Positions 16,139 to 23,793 of a stretch of DNA of 42,586 nucleotides are shown in pieces. Made by a program: the position numbers and the translations under genes. Within the stretch, counting starts at the first letter, position 1; the number at the start of each line of letters is the position of its first letter. The notes beneath the pieces are model-generated. The model saw only the letters and a list, made by a program, of their open reading frames with translations, had not been told where the DNA came from and did not search any database. This stretch comes from an uncultured Gammaproteobacteria bacterium (GTDB lineage Bacteria; Patescibacteriota; Microgenomatia; UBA12405; JAHJSD01): positions 1 through 42,586 of the forward strand of contig CAYSLZ010000002.1 of the NCBI GenBank assembly GCA_964432015.1, written 5' to 3'.

Positions 16139-16582
16139 TTAAAATTTAGCAGTAGAATAGGTAACTGTCAAGGTTTGGGTAGCTTTATTACCTTGATTGT
16201 CATAGGAAGAAATATTAATTATGTTTTCTCCGCCAATAAGTTCAATATTCGTTTCAAACTCCCCATTCTTATCGGCAACTGAAATTTCTTCCCCTTCTTC
16301 CCAAATGACGACAATTGTGGCGTTGGGTATTGTTTCGCCTTTGATGATTAAATTTTCGTTGGAAGCAACAATTTCATTGTCTGGTTGAATGATGTTTAAA
16401 AAAACCTCTTTTTCAGTTGTTTTAGTTGGAATTGCTGTTGGGGTGGTTTGTGCTAGGGTTGGCGAGGTTTGATTATTTAAAGCTAGTTTTTTTTGACCTT
16501 TGTTTTTAGTCCAAAGAAAAGCGCTTATCCCAAAGCCAAGAAGTATTCCGATAAAAATTGCTACACCCAATTCCTTTTTCAT
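16139..16582 (-). CDS. Membrane-anchored protein with an Ig-like beta-sandwich domain
   Basis: ATG 16582 (MKKELGVAIFIGILLGFGISAFLW) is preferred over the track start 16639. PT linker, then IIQPDNEIVASNENLIIKGETIPNATIVV...DKNGEFE Big-like pattern. Confidence 0.45.
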   Translation of the reverse strand: MKKELGVAIFIGILLGFGISAFLWTKNKGQKKLALNNQTSPTLAQTTPTAIPTKTTEKEVFLNIIQPDNEIVASNENLIIKGETIPNATIVVIWEEGEEISVADKNGEFETNIELIGGENIINISSYDNQGNKATQTLTVTYSTAKF

Positions 16583-16707
16583 CCTTACTCTTATAATATG
16601 AAAACCCTCAGGTGATGTCAAGCAGGAGTTTTGATACATTATGATATATTATTTATCATTTAACATTTGACAATTAGCATTTGGCCTTGAGCATTAAGCT
16701 TTAAGCT

Positions 16708-16729
16708 ATGCCTTGTTTTGACAAGGCAT
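16708..16729. promoter_or_regulatory. 8-bp-stem palindrome in a divergent promoter region
   Basis: ATGCCTTG ttttga CAAGGCAT. It overlaps a TTGACA hexamer (16718-16723) about 30 nt upstream of ATG 16751. Confidence 0.4.
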
Positions 16730-16750
16730 TAATGCTAACATTTATTAATT

Positions 16751-17299
16751 ATGTTAACGGTCAAATACTCGGAGGAAAATTTGTTTCGGCTCAGAGTCAA
16801 GCGAAATTATATAGGTTTAGGTGTTCCTGAAAATAAGATAAAGGTTGATATTGTTTTGGCTTGTAATGGGAGTAAAGTAGATCCTAAAGTTGTAGAACCG
16901 GTAAGCCGAGATTTACCGTTTGTTATTCCCGGACCAGGAGAGTATGAAATTGGTGGAACCCAGCTGGCCAGTTTGGGAGATGGTTATTGGTCGATTAGGA
17001 CAGAGGGGTGGAGATTGTGCTTCCTTTGCGGCCAGTGGAAAAAGCCGAACCATAAAAAAGTTGATCAACTAGGTCAGCTGGATCTGCTTTTTTTGAATTT
17101 AGAGGGCTCCAAAAAAGAAGCTAAAAAAGCGGTTGAAGCTGTTAAAAGAATTTCGCCGAAAGGGATAATTTTTGGCTATAAAATTGGTAAAGAGTTTTTG
17201 GATAAAATTGACCGAGAGGATATTGAACCAATTGGAAAAGTAAAACTTAAACAAAGTGATTTAAGCGAAGATGGTAGTGACTATTTTGCTTTGAAATAA
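16751..17299 (+). CDS. Hypothetical protein, possibly a degenerate MBL-fold hydrolase-like protein
   Basis: IPGPGEYEIGG and LLFLNLEG...AVKRISPKGIIF resemble the C-terminal half of UlaG-like MBL proteins, but no HxHxDH motif is present. Confidence 0.3.
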   Translation: MLTVKYSEENLFRLRVKRNYIGLGVPENKIKVDIVLACNGSKVDPKVVEPVSRDLPFVIPGPGEYEIGGTQLASLGDGYWSIRTEGWRLCFLCGQWKKPNHKKVDQLGQLDLLFLNLEGSKKEAKKAVEAVKRISPKGIIFGYKIGKEFLDKIDREDIEPIGKVKLKQSDLSEDGSDYFALK

Positions 17300-17305
17300 A
17301 AAATT

Positions 17306-18628
17306 ATGGCGCAAAGAAGTTCACCTCAAAAACTAAAAATCCCGCCTCATTCAAAAGAAGCAGAAACTTCTGTGCTTGGCTCTATTTTAATTGATAAGGA
17401 TGCCGTTGTTGAAGTAGCTGATATTTTATCTCCTGAATGTTTTTATGAATCTGCCCATAAGTTTATATTTGAATCGGCTTTAGAGTTGTATGAGGAGCGA
17501 GTACCGATCGATTTGGTAACTATGGCCCAACGGATAAAAAAGAAAAAAAAGCTTGATGAAGTTGGGGGAAGAAGTTATTTGGCTAAGCTGGCCAATTCTG
17601 TGCCTACTTCCGCTCACGCTGTTTCTTATGCTCAGATTGTCAAGGATTTGTATACAAAAAGGGAGCTGGCGGCCGCTTCGTCAAAGATTAACCAGGTTGC
17701 TTTTAATGATGAAATAGACGCTGATGAGGCTTTAGATGAAGCCGAACAGGAAATTTTTTCTTTAAGTCAACAGCATTTAAAAAAAATACCAACTTCTTTA
17801 AGAGAAGCTTTAGCCGAGAGTTTTGATCGTTTGGACGAACTGCAAAAAAGAGCTGACGGTTTAAGGGGGGTTCCGAGTGGGTTTAAGGATTTAGACGATT
17901 ATTTGGCTGGTTTTCAGGACAGTAATTTGATTATTTTAGCTGCTCGGCCGGGAGTAGGGAAGACAGCTTGGGCGTTAAATATTGCCCGCCATGTTGCCGT
18001 TGAAAAAAATCTGCCTTCCTGTTTTTTTTCATTAGAGATGAGCAAAGAAGAGTTGGTTGATCGGCTGTTGGTTCGTCAGGCTGATATAGATGCTTGGAAA
18101 ATGAAAACAGGTCAACTAAATGATGACGATTTATCCCGCTTATCTGAGGCAATGGGTGTTTTGGCAGAAGCTCCTTTGTATATTGATGATACTCCGGGTT
18201 TAAATATACTTCAGATTAGAACTAAAGCCAGACGTTTGCAGATTGAGAAAGGTTTAGATTTAATTATTGTCGATTATCTACAATTAATGCATTCACGCCG
18301 GCGCTGGGACAGTCGGGTCCAGGAGGTATCAGATATTTCTCAGGGGTTGAAGAATCTTGCCCGGGAATTAAAAGTTCCTGTCTTGGCTCTTTCCCAACTT
18401 TCAAGGGCAGTAGAAAAAAGAGGCGGCAACCGGCCGAGATTAGCTGATTTACGTGAGTCAGGCTCGATTGAACAGGATGCAGACGTAGTTATGTTTTTGT
18501 ATCGCGATGATGAAGAAAATAGGGAATTGGTCAACTGCGATATTGCCAAGCATCGAAACGGTCCGGTTGGTCAATTTGAACTTTACTTTAATCCGAAAAA
18601 GGTAAGCTTCTTTGGCGTCAAGAAATAG
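17306..18628 (+). CDS. dnaB: Replicative DNA helicase DnaB
   Basis: PPHSKEAETSVLGSILID, Walker A ARPGVGKTA, IVDYLQLM, LSQLSRAVE and LRESGSIEQDADVV. Confidence 0.95.
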   Translation: MAQRSSPQKLKIPPHSKEAETSVLGSILIDKDAVVEVADILSPECFYESAHKFIFESALELYEERVPIDLVTMAQRIKKKKKLDEVGGRSYLAKLANSVPTSAHAVSYAQIVKDLYTKRELAAASSKINQVAFNDEIDADEALDEAEQEIFSLSQQHLKKIPTSLREALAESFDRLDELQKRADGLRGVPSGFKDLDDYLAGFQDSNLIILAARPGVGKTAWALNIARHVAVEKNLPSCFFSLEMSKEELVDRLLVRQADIDAWKMKTGQLNDDDLSRLSEAMGVLAEAPLYIDDTPGLNILQIRTKARRLQIEKGLDLIIVDYLQLMHSRRRWDSRVQEVSDISQGLKNLARELKVPVLALSQLSRAVEKRGGNRPRLADLRESGSIEQDADVVMFLYRDDEENRELVNCDIAKHRNGPVGQFELYFNPKKVSFFGVKK

Positions 18629-18635
18629 TCTAAAG

Positions 18636-18724
18636 TGGTGCCGCGAGCCGGAGTTGAACCGGCACGAGGGGTAAGCCTCACAGGTTTTTGAGACCTGCGT
18701 GTCTGCCAATTCCACCATCGCGGC
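18636..18724 (-). tRNA. tRNA-Leu (anticodon CAA), class II, with CCA encoded
   Basis: The reverse complement is GCCGCGA-TG-GTGGAATTGGCAGACAC-G-CAGGT-CTCAAAA-ACCTG-(16-nt variable arm)-GCCGG-TTCAACT-CCGGC-TCGCGGC-A-CCA. All stems pair. Confidence 0.9.
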
Positions 18725-18806
18725 TAATGCTTAATTTTAACATTTCTTTAATACACCGACAACCGGGATAAAAATCGATATCATTCTGAGGTTAGTGGTC
18801 GGCGCG

Positions 18807-18815
18807 TGTTATAAT
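18807..18815 (+). promoter_or_regulatory. Extended -10 element (TGtTATAAT) 6 nt upstream of ATG 18822
   Basis: gcgTGtTATAATcatcaaATG. The spacing implies a leaderless or near-leaderless mRNA. Confidence 0.4.
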
Positions 18816-18821
18816 CATCAA

Positions 18822-19382
18822 ATGGAAAAATTACGCCTCGGGCTGCAAATTTTGGCTGGTTTTATATTTTTGTTTCAAATGTTTCGTCTTCTAAAAGAGG
18901 ATTATCCGGAAAAACAGATTGTCAAAGCAAGTTTGTTGGGATTGGTTTTAGCTTTTGGGTTTAATTATTTAAACGGTTATTTAAAACTTAATTTAAATGT
19001 TTGGAGCCTAATATTTTCTGCTGTTATCGTGGTGCTTATTTTTAGCTCCCAATTAGAATGGCGGTTTTGGTCAGTTTTAGAATTAATTACCTGGCCGGGT
19101 TTAGTTTGTTTAGCGGTTGCTTTTGCTGGTCAACTGGAAGGCGTTTTTTATCTTTTCTTAGTTTTAGCTAGTTTTTATTGGAGGAATTATCGTAATTTTC
19201 GGTGGTATCCCAGTGGAAAAGCCGGCTTCTTCTTTCTTATTAATCTTAGTTTTCTTTCAGTATTTTTCGTTGGACTTGATTTTTGGCTCCAACGGCTGGT
19301 AGAATTAAGCGTTTGGTCGATAACTTTACTTGCTGGGATAAGTGCAATTGTTTTGCTTTCCGGAAGAAAAACAAGCAGTTAA
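18822..19382 (+). CDS. Hypothetical multi-pass membrane protein
   Basis: About 5 hydrophobic helices. ATG 18822 (MEKLRLGLQ) is preferred over the track's 18795. Confidence 0.4.
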   Translation: MEKLRLGLQILAGFIFLFQMFRLLKEDYPEKQIVKASLLGLVLAFGFNYLNGYLKLNLNVWSLIFSAVIVVLIFSSQLEWRFWSVLELITWPGLVCLAVAFAGQLEGVFYLFLVLASFYWRNYRNFRWYPSGKAGFFFLINLSFLSVFFVGLDFWLQRLVELSVWSITLLAGISAIVLLSGRKTSS

Positions 19383-19399
19383 AATTTAAAAAAGAACAA

Positions 19400-19786
19400 A
19401 TGACAAACAAAAAAAGTGATAAAAATAATTTTACCTTTCCGCAGGCTGTTCTGGAGCCGGTAAAAACTTTTTTGACCGAAGAATTAAAAAAAATCAAAAA
19501 ACAAGTAGCCCAAGTAGAGAAAGATGACCCGTTTGCTAATGAGGACCGGGTTGATGATAATGCCAAACCGGATATGGAAGCGGATGAGCAATTTGGTCAT
19601 GCTCGGGCAAAAGCTATTTCTGGACAGTTAAATAAGCGGATGATACAGATTAAAAAGGCTTTATCCAGGGTCAAAATCGGCCAATATGGGATTTGTGAGG
19701 AATGTGGTGAGTTTATTAATACTAAGCGATTGATGGTTTATCCGGAATCTACTAAATGTGTCTCCTGTCAAGAAAAGAAATCTTAA
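19400..19786 (+). CDS. DksA/TraR-family C4 zinc-finger protein
   Basis: ATG 19400 (MTNKKSDK). Coiled-coil region, then CEECGEFINTKRLMVYPESTKCVSCQ. The track ORF from 19283 overlaps the previous gene. Confidence 0.7.
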   Translation: MTNKKSDKNNFTFPQAVLEPVKTFLTEELKKIKKQVAQVEKDDPFANEDRVDDNAKPDMEADEQFGHARAKAISGQLNKRMIQIKKALSRVKIGQYGICEECGEFINTKRLMVYPESTKCVSCQEKKS

Positions 19787-20453
19787 ACCTGAAATAATTT
19801 TTGAGGATAGTGATATTTTTTTGATTAATAAACCGGCTGGTTGGGTGACTCTCAATGTTCAAACTTATCAGGGAATAACACTTCAAGATTGGGTAAGTAA
19901 AAATGTAAATATAAATTTTGTACATCGTTGTGGAATTGTGCATCGGCTGGACAAGGGTACTTGGGGCATAGTTTTGGCGGCTAAAAATAAAATTTGTTTT
20001 GAAGAACTTCAAAAACAATTTAAACAACGAAAAGTTAAAAAGGAATATCTAGGCTTAGTCAGGGGAGAGTTAAGAAGTAAAGGGGAGCTGGTCAGCCCGG
20101 TTGGCCGGCTGCCGTATAATAAATTGAGGTATGGGGTAACCTTGGAAGGAAAACCGGCTCAAACAAAGTTTAAACCGGTTAAAACCTATCTTGTAGATGG
20201 AGATATTTATACTTTAGTTAAGGTTTGGCCGAAAACCGGGCGGACACATCAAATTCGGGTGCATTTTAAACATTTAGGCCATCCATTGTATGGAGATAGT
20301 CTTTATGGGGGAAAAAAAGAGGAAGAAAAGCCGATGTTTTTAGTAGCTCGAAAAATTAATTTTTTGCATCCAAAATTAAGGAAAAGAATGACATTTAAAA
20401 TAAAACTGCCAGACGTTTTAAAGGAGGTTATTAAAAATGGCAAGAAGAAATAA
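19758..20453 (+). CDS. RluA-family pseudouridine synthase (no S4 domain)
   Basis: IIFEDSDIFLINKPAG, HRLDKGTWG (catalytic Asp context), GRTHQIRVHF. Confidence 0.85.
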   Translation: MSPVKKRNLKPEIIFEDSDIFLINKPAGWVTLNVQTYQGITLQDWVSKNVNINFVHRCGIVHRLDKGTWGIVLAAKNKICFEELQKQFKQRKVKKEYLGLVRGELRSKGELVSPVGRLPYNKLRYGVTLEGKPAQTKFKPVKTYLVDGDIYTLVKVWPKTGRTHQIRVHFKHLGHPLYGDSLYGGKKEEEKPMFLVARKINFLHPKLRKRMTFKIKLPDVLKEVIKNGKKK

Positions 20454-21339
20454 AAACAAAAAAAACTGGTTATTATTAGTATTTTTAGTATTTGTTGCCG
20501 GTGTTTTATTTCTTTTGGCTAGAAAGTTGGCTGGTGTTGTTAAAAATTCTTGGTCTGGGAGTGAACAAATATCTTTAGCTGTTGAGGCGGAAAATAAAGA
20601 TAGTCTAATTTTAACTTTAACCCCTGGAAAGGAAATGGTTGTTGTAACCAGAATTCCGTCGAAAACAATGATTGAAACCCCTTGGTTTGGTTACTATCAG
20701 GTAGGCAAACTGCCGCTTTTGACTGAGCAGGAGGGGAGTCTGGAAATTTATAATCGAAGTTTAAGCTATTATTTAGGAGTAGCAGTTGACGCTAGTTTAA
20801 TGGATTCCGGTTTTAATTTTAATAAAGAGAATAAAAATAAACTGAAAAACAAGTTAACAAAGCTTTTTTTTCTGCCTCGTAGTTTGACGTTTGGTCGTGT
20901 ATGGCGTTTTTTGTCTCGGAAAGATTTGGTTTGGGAAGTAATTGATCTTGAAGATTTCGGCCAAGAGGATTATTTAGCTGATGGTTCGGCAGTATTTAAT
21001 ATTAATCCCGAATCTATTGACCAGAAATTTTGGGGGTATTTTTCCGACCCGGTCATAAATAAGGAAAATTTAACTTTATCGATTTTCAATGTTGGCGATC
21101 AAAGTGGATTAGCTCAAAAAATTTCTTTTATTGCCGAAAATATGGGAGTTAGGGTAGTTGAAATTAGTGATATGGAGGTAGAAGTTAATGATTGTTTGAT
21201 TGCCGTATCCAACGAGGAGGCAGTTCAAAGCCGGACGGTTCAACGTTTACATCGGGTTTTTGGTTGTCCAATTGAAACTAATCAGTTAAAAGGTATCGGT
21301 GAAATAAAATTGTTGATTGAAAATGTTAAAATAGACTAA
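20437..21339 (+). CDS. Divergent LytR/CpsA/Psr-like protein with a LytR_C-like C-terminus
   Basis: N-terminal TM helix. Central SLSYYLGVAVDASLMDSGFNF resembles the LCP core. C-terminal LTLSIFNVGDQSGLAQKISFIAENMGVRVVEISD resembles LytR_C. Confidence 0.45.
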   Translation: MARRNKNKKNWLLLVFLVFVAGVLFLLARKLAGVVKNSWSGSEQISLAVEAENKDSLILTLTPGKEMVVVTRIPSKTMIETPWFGYYQVGKLPLLTEQEGSLEIYNRSLSYYLGVAVDASLMDSGFNFNKENKNKLKNKLTKLFFLPRSLTFGRVWRFLSRKDLVWEVIDLEDFGQEDYLADGSAVFNINPESIDQKFWGYFSDPVINKENLTLSIFNVGDQSGLAQKISFIAENMGVRVVEISDMEVEVNDCLIAVSNEEAVQSRTVQRLHRVFGCPIETNQLKGIGEIKLLIENVKID

Positions 21340-21340
21340 C

Positions 21341-22039
21341 ATGTCTGGGCACTCTAAATGGGAAAATATTAAACGCCAAAAAAATTCTCAGGATCGGGCT
21401 AGAGCAAAAGTTTTCAGCAAATTGTCACGGTTAATCACTAATGCTGTTAAAGAGGGAGGTTCTGTTGATCCTGAGAAGAATGTCCAACTGCGTCAGGCTA
21501 TTGAACGGGCTAAAGAAGAGGATATGCCTAAGGATAATATTGAGCGGGCAATAGATAATGCTTTAAAAAGTCAGGAGGCTTCTGAAGAACTTGTCCTTGA
21601 AGGCTACGGTCCGTTTGGCTTAGCTGTTCTTATGAAAGCGATTACAGATAATAGACAAAGAACTATCCAAGAGATTAAAAACATTTTTGAAAAACACGGG
21701 GGGAATTTGTCTGAACCGGGGGCAGTTAGTTATAAATTTTTTCGGCAGGGTAGGGTAGTGGTTAAAAAGCCTGACCAGGAGTCGATAATTGAGCTTATTG
21801 ATTTTGGAGTTGAAGAAATAGAAGAAAAAGAAGATAAGTTAGTTCTTTATATTAATCCGGAAGATTTTAAAAAGGCTGTTGATCAAATAGGGCGGAATTA
21901 CCAAATTATTTCTTCAGATATAGAGTTAGTATCCAAAGAAAGTTTGAAATTCAGCCAATCGGGAAAGGAAAAAATTAACCAGTTTGTCAGTCTGCTTAAA
22001 GATCATCCTGATATAGAGAAGGTATTTACCAATGACTAA
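21341..22039 (+). CDS. yebC: YebC/PmpR-family transcriptional regulator
   Basis: MSGHSKWENIKRQK and KLSRLITNAVKEGG..DPEKNVQLRQAIERAKEEDMPKDNIERAI. Confidence 0.9.
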   Translation: MSGHSKWENIKRQKNSQDRARAKVFSKLSRLITNAVKEGGSVDPEKNVQLRQAIERAKEEDMPKDNIERAIDNALKSQEASEELVLEGYGPFGLAVLMKAITDNRQRTIQEIKNIFEKHGGNLSEPGAVSYKFFRQGRVVVKKPDQESIIELIDFGVEEIEEKEDKLVLYINPEDFKKAVDQIGRNYQIISSDIELVSKESLKFSQSGKEKINQFVSLLKDHPDIEKVFTND

Positions 22040-22805
22040 ACGCGCTTATTTTCTAATCTCGAGTATAATTTTAACAATAATTTTTGGTTTATTAAATCTT
22101 GTTTCCTTTCAATGGAAATATGCTGGTATTGTTGGGTTTTCAGTTGGGGTAGCTGTTTATCAGGCTATACTTTTTTATTTTATGGTTGATAAAAAAACTA
22201 ACTTGGTAATCAGCGGCGTTTTACCTGCTTTTTTTGGCTTAGGAACAAGTTTATTCAGGTTTTTATTTGCCGTTAACTGGATTTGGCAGTCGATTTTAGT
22301 TTTAGTATTTTTATTTGGTATTTATACTTTGTTTTTAGTAGAAAATGTATTTTTGGTTTCCACTGAGGTTAAAACAGTTCCGCTTTATCGAGCAGCTAGT
22401 ACGGTTGGTTTTTTAATTACACTGATTACTGCTTTTTTTCTTTATGAAGTAATTTTTTCATTTCGTTTACCAGTATGGCAGAACAGCTTGTTAATTTTGG
22501 GAGCAAGTTTGCCTTTACTAAATCATTATTTTTGGTCAATAAGATTAAATCAGCCTTTAAGCTGGAAAAATATAAGGTTATCGCTAGTTTTTGCCTTAAT
22601 AATGGCTGAAATGGCAGCGGCAGTTTCGTTTTGGCCTTTAGAAACAACCAAATCAGCTCTTTATCTTGGCAGTGTCTTTTACGTCTTTTTAGGTTTGGCT
22701 CAAGCATATTGTCAGGAAAAACTATTTAAACAAACTATTCGTGAATTTATATTAGTTGGGTTAGGCACGTTAATGGCTTTGTTTTTAGTGACCAGCTGGC
22801 GTTGA
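22032..22805 (+). CDS. Hypothetical polytopic membrane protein
   Basis: About 8 predicted TM helices, no recognisable motif, overlaps the yebC end. Confidence 0.45.
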   Translation: MTKRAYFLISSIILTIIFGLLNLVSFQWKYAGIVGFSVGVAVYQAILFYFMVDKKTNLVISGVLPAFFGLGTSLFRFLFAVNWIWQSILVLVFLFGIYTLFLVENVFLVSTEVKTVPLYRAASTVGFLITLITAFFLYEVIFSFRLPVWQNSLLILGASLPLLNHYFWSIRLNQPLSWKNIRLSLVFALIMAEMAAAVSFWPLETTKSALYLGSVFYVFLGLAQAYCQEKLFKQTIREFILVGLGTLMALFLVTSWR

Positions 22806-22853
22806 TAAGGCTTAGATATATAGTCGAGTAGAGAAGTGGTCCAAAACTAAAGC

Positions 22854-22925
22854 GTCCTATAATAGTATTTATAAATATCCTATAATACAATATCCTCTTC
22901 GTGAAAATTATAGGACTATTTTCAC
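22854..22925 (+). promoter_or_regulatory. Nested, mutually exclusive inverted repeats containing three TCCTATAAT boxes
   Basis: GTCCTATAAT (22854-63) is the reverse complement of ATTATAGGAC (22907-16). GTGAAAAT (22901-08) pairs with ATTTTCAC (22918-25). A third TCCTATAATA lies at 22878-87. Confidence 0.5.
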
Positions 22926-23224
22926 ATTTAGCAGTCGCAATCCTTAATTGATAATTAAATATAACTACTAAAGTTAATCCGGAGAATACGCAAAAAATAG
23001 CTACTAAATGTGGAAAAGTTCACTTGAGAAGTTAACCCCTCTTCAATCTGTTAGCTTGGTTAAATCAGCTTTTATGAGGTTCTAATCAACAACTGCCAAA
23101 ATATAAACATGGCTGATCAAACAAAAAGTGTTATTTTTGCTTCTCTCGTTGACAGCTTATTGGTGTTTATTAAGAATAAAAAGATTGATAGATAGATGTT
23201 AATTGGGGAAGCTTCGCTTACTGT

Positions 23225-23248
23225 GTCGCACAATGTTTCTTTTGCGAC
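23225..23248. promoter_or_regulatory. Inverted repeat GTCGCA-N12-TGCGAC (candidate protein or recombinase binding site)
   Basis: GTCGCAcaatgtttctttTGCGAC. The left decamer GTCGCACAAT recurs at 23745-23754. Confidence 0.4.
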
Positions 23249-23654
23249 GCGATAAATAGTAGGAGAGTGAAGAGGATTAAAAGTTTAAAGTTTCAGCTAA
23301 AGGCTGATGGGCCTCTGGCCCAAAAATTTAAATATTTATTTTGGATTATTTATTTTTGAATTTTTTGACTTCTTCTAATTTAACTTTTTCGATTTAAATT
23401 TATATTCAACCATTTCCCCACTACTCTTTGATAAAAAATATGCAATAAATAAATTTTGACTGCAGAGCTGATGACCAAAGATACTGCTATATTATTAAAA
23501 ATGCCTTAGAATGCCTCTAACGAGTTTATGCCTCTAGATTGGTAGAATATTAATATTGTTGCAATACACTACTGTTTAATTGTAATTATTTATAAAAATT
23601 ATTGCTGATTACTGTCTATATTTTTTGTGGTTTGCTAATTACAATAAAAACTTT

Positions 23655-23676
23655 AGTCCAGATTAAGTCCAGATTA
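23655..23676 (+). repeat. Tandem 11-mer AGTCCAGATTA x2
   Basis: agtccagatta agtccagatta, perfect copies, about 120 nt upstream of the recombinase start. Confidence 0.85.
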
Positions 23677-23740
23677 CCTCCAGCTAGAAAAACGGTCCGG
23701 ATAAGATGATGGCTGCAAAATTATCGTTGGTGGTTTTTTT
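23676..23740 (+). terminator. Terminator-like long hairpin followed by a T7 run
   Basis: ACCTCCAGC (23676-84) pairs with GTTGGTGGT (23726-34), 8 of 9 positions including one G-U, and is followed by TTTTTTT (23734-40). Confidence 0.3.
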
Positions 23741-23744
23741 CAAC

Positions 23745-23754
23745 GTCGCACAAT
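23745..23754 (+). repeat. Second copy of GTCGCACAAT, abutting a TTGACA hexamer upstream of the recombinase gene
   Basis: caacGTCGCACAATtTTGACA, with TTGACA at 23756-61 and the ATG at 23794. Confidence 0.5.
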
Positions 23755-23793
23755 TTTGACAGAAATAAAAAGATGTGCTAGTTTTAAATTAGA

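Noticed and set aside
13449-16282. Track ORFs 13449-13655(-), 13974-14216(+) and 15872-16282(+)
   Set aside because: They are antisense to, or overlap, vapB, vapC/hisS and the secreted-protein genes. No motifs were seen, and they are explained as shadow ORFs.
18458-18718. 86-aa ORF on the minus strand
   Set aside because: Its 5' part is the tRNA-Leu(CAA) gene and its remainder is antisense to the dnaB 3' end.
22806-23793. oriC in the large gap
   Set aside because: I found no cluster of DnaA-box-like TTATCCACA or TGTGGATAA sequences, only one weak TGTGGAAAA at about 23009. dnaA and dnaN are absent, and gene orientation around the region is co-directional then convergent rather than divergent.
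22806-23793. Known housekeeping ncRNAs (tmRNA, RNase P RNA, SRP RNA, 6S) in the gap
   Set aside because: No tRNA-like acceptor/T-arm end, no GGAAAGTCC-type P4 sequence, and no GGAAGCAGCC-type SRP domain IV. GGTCCGGATAAGATGATGGCTGC is only superficially SRP-like. This needs Infernal to be definitive.
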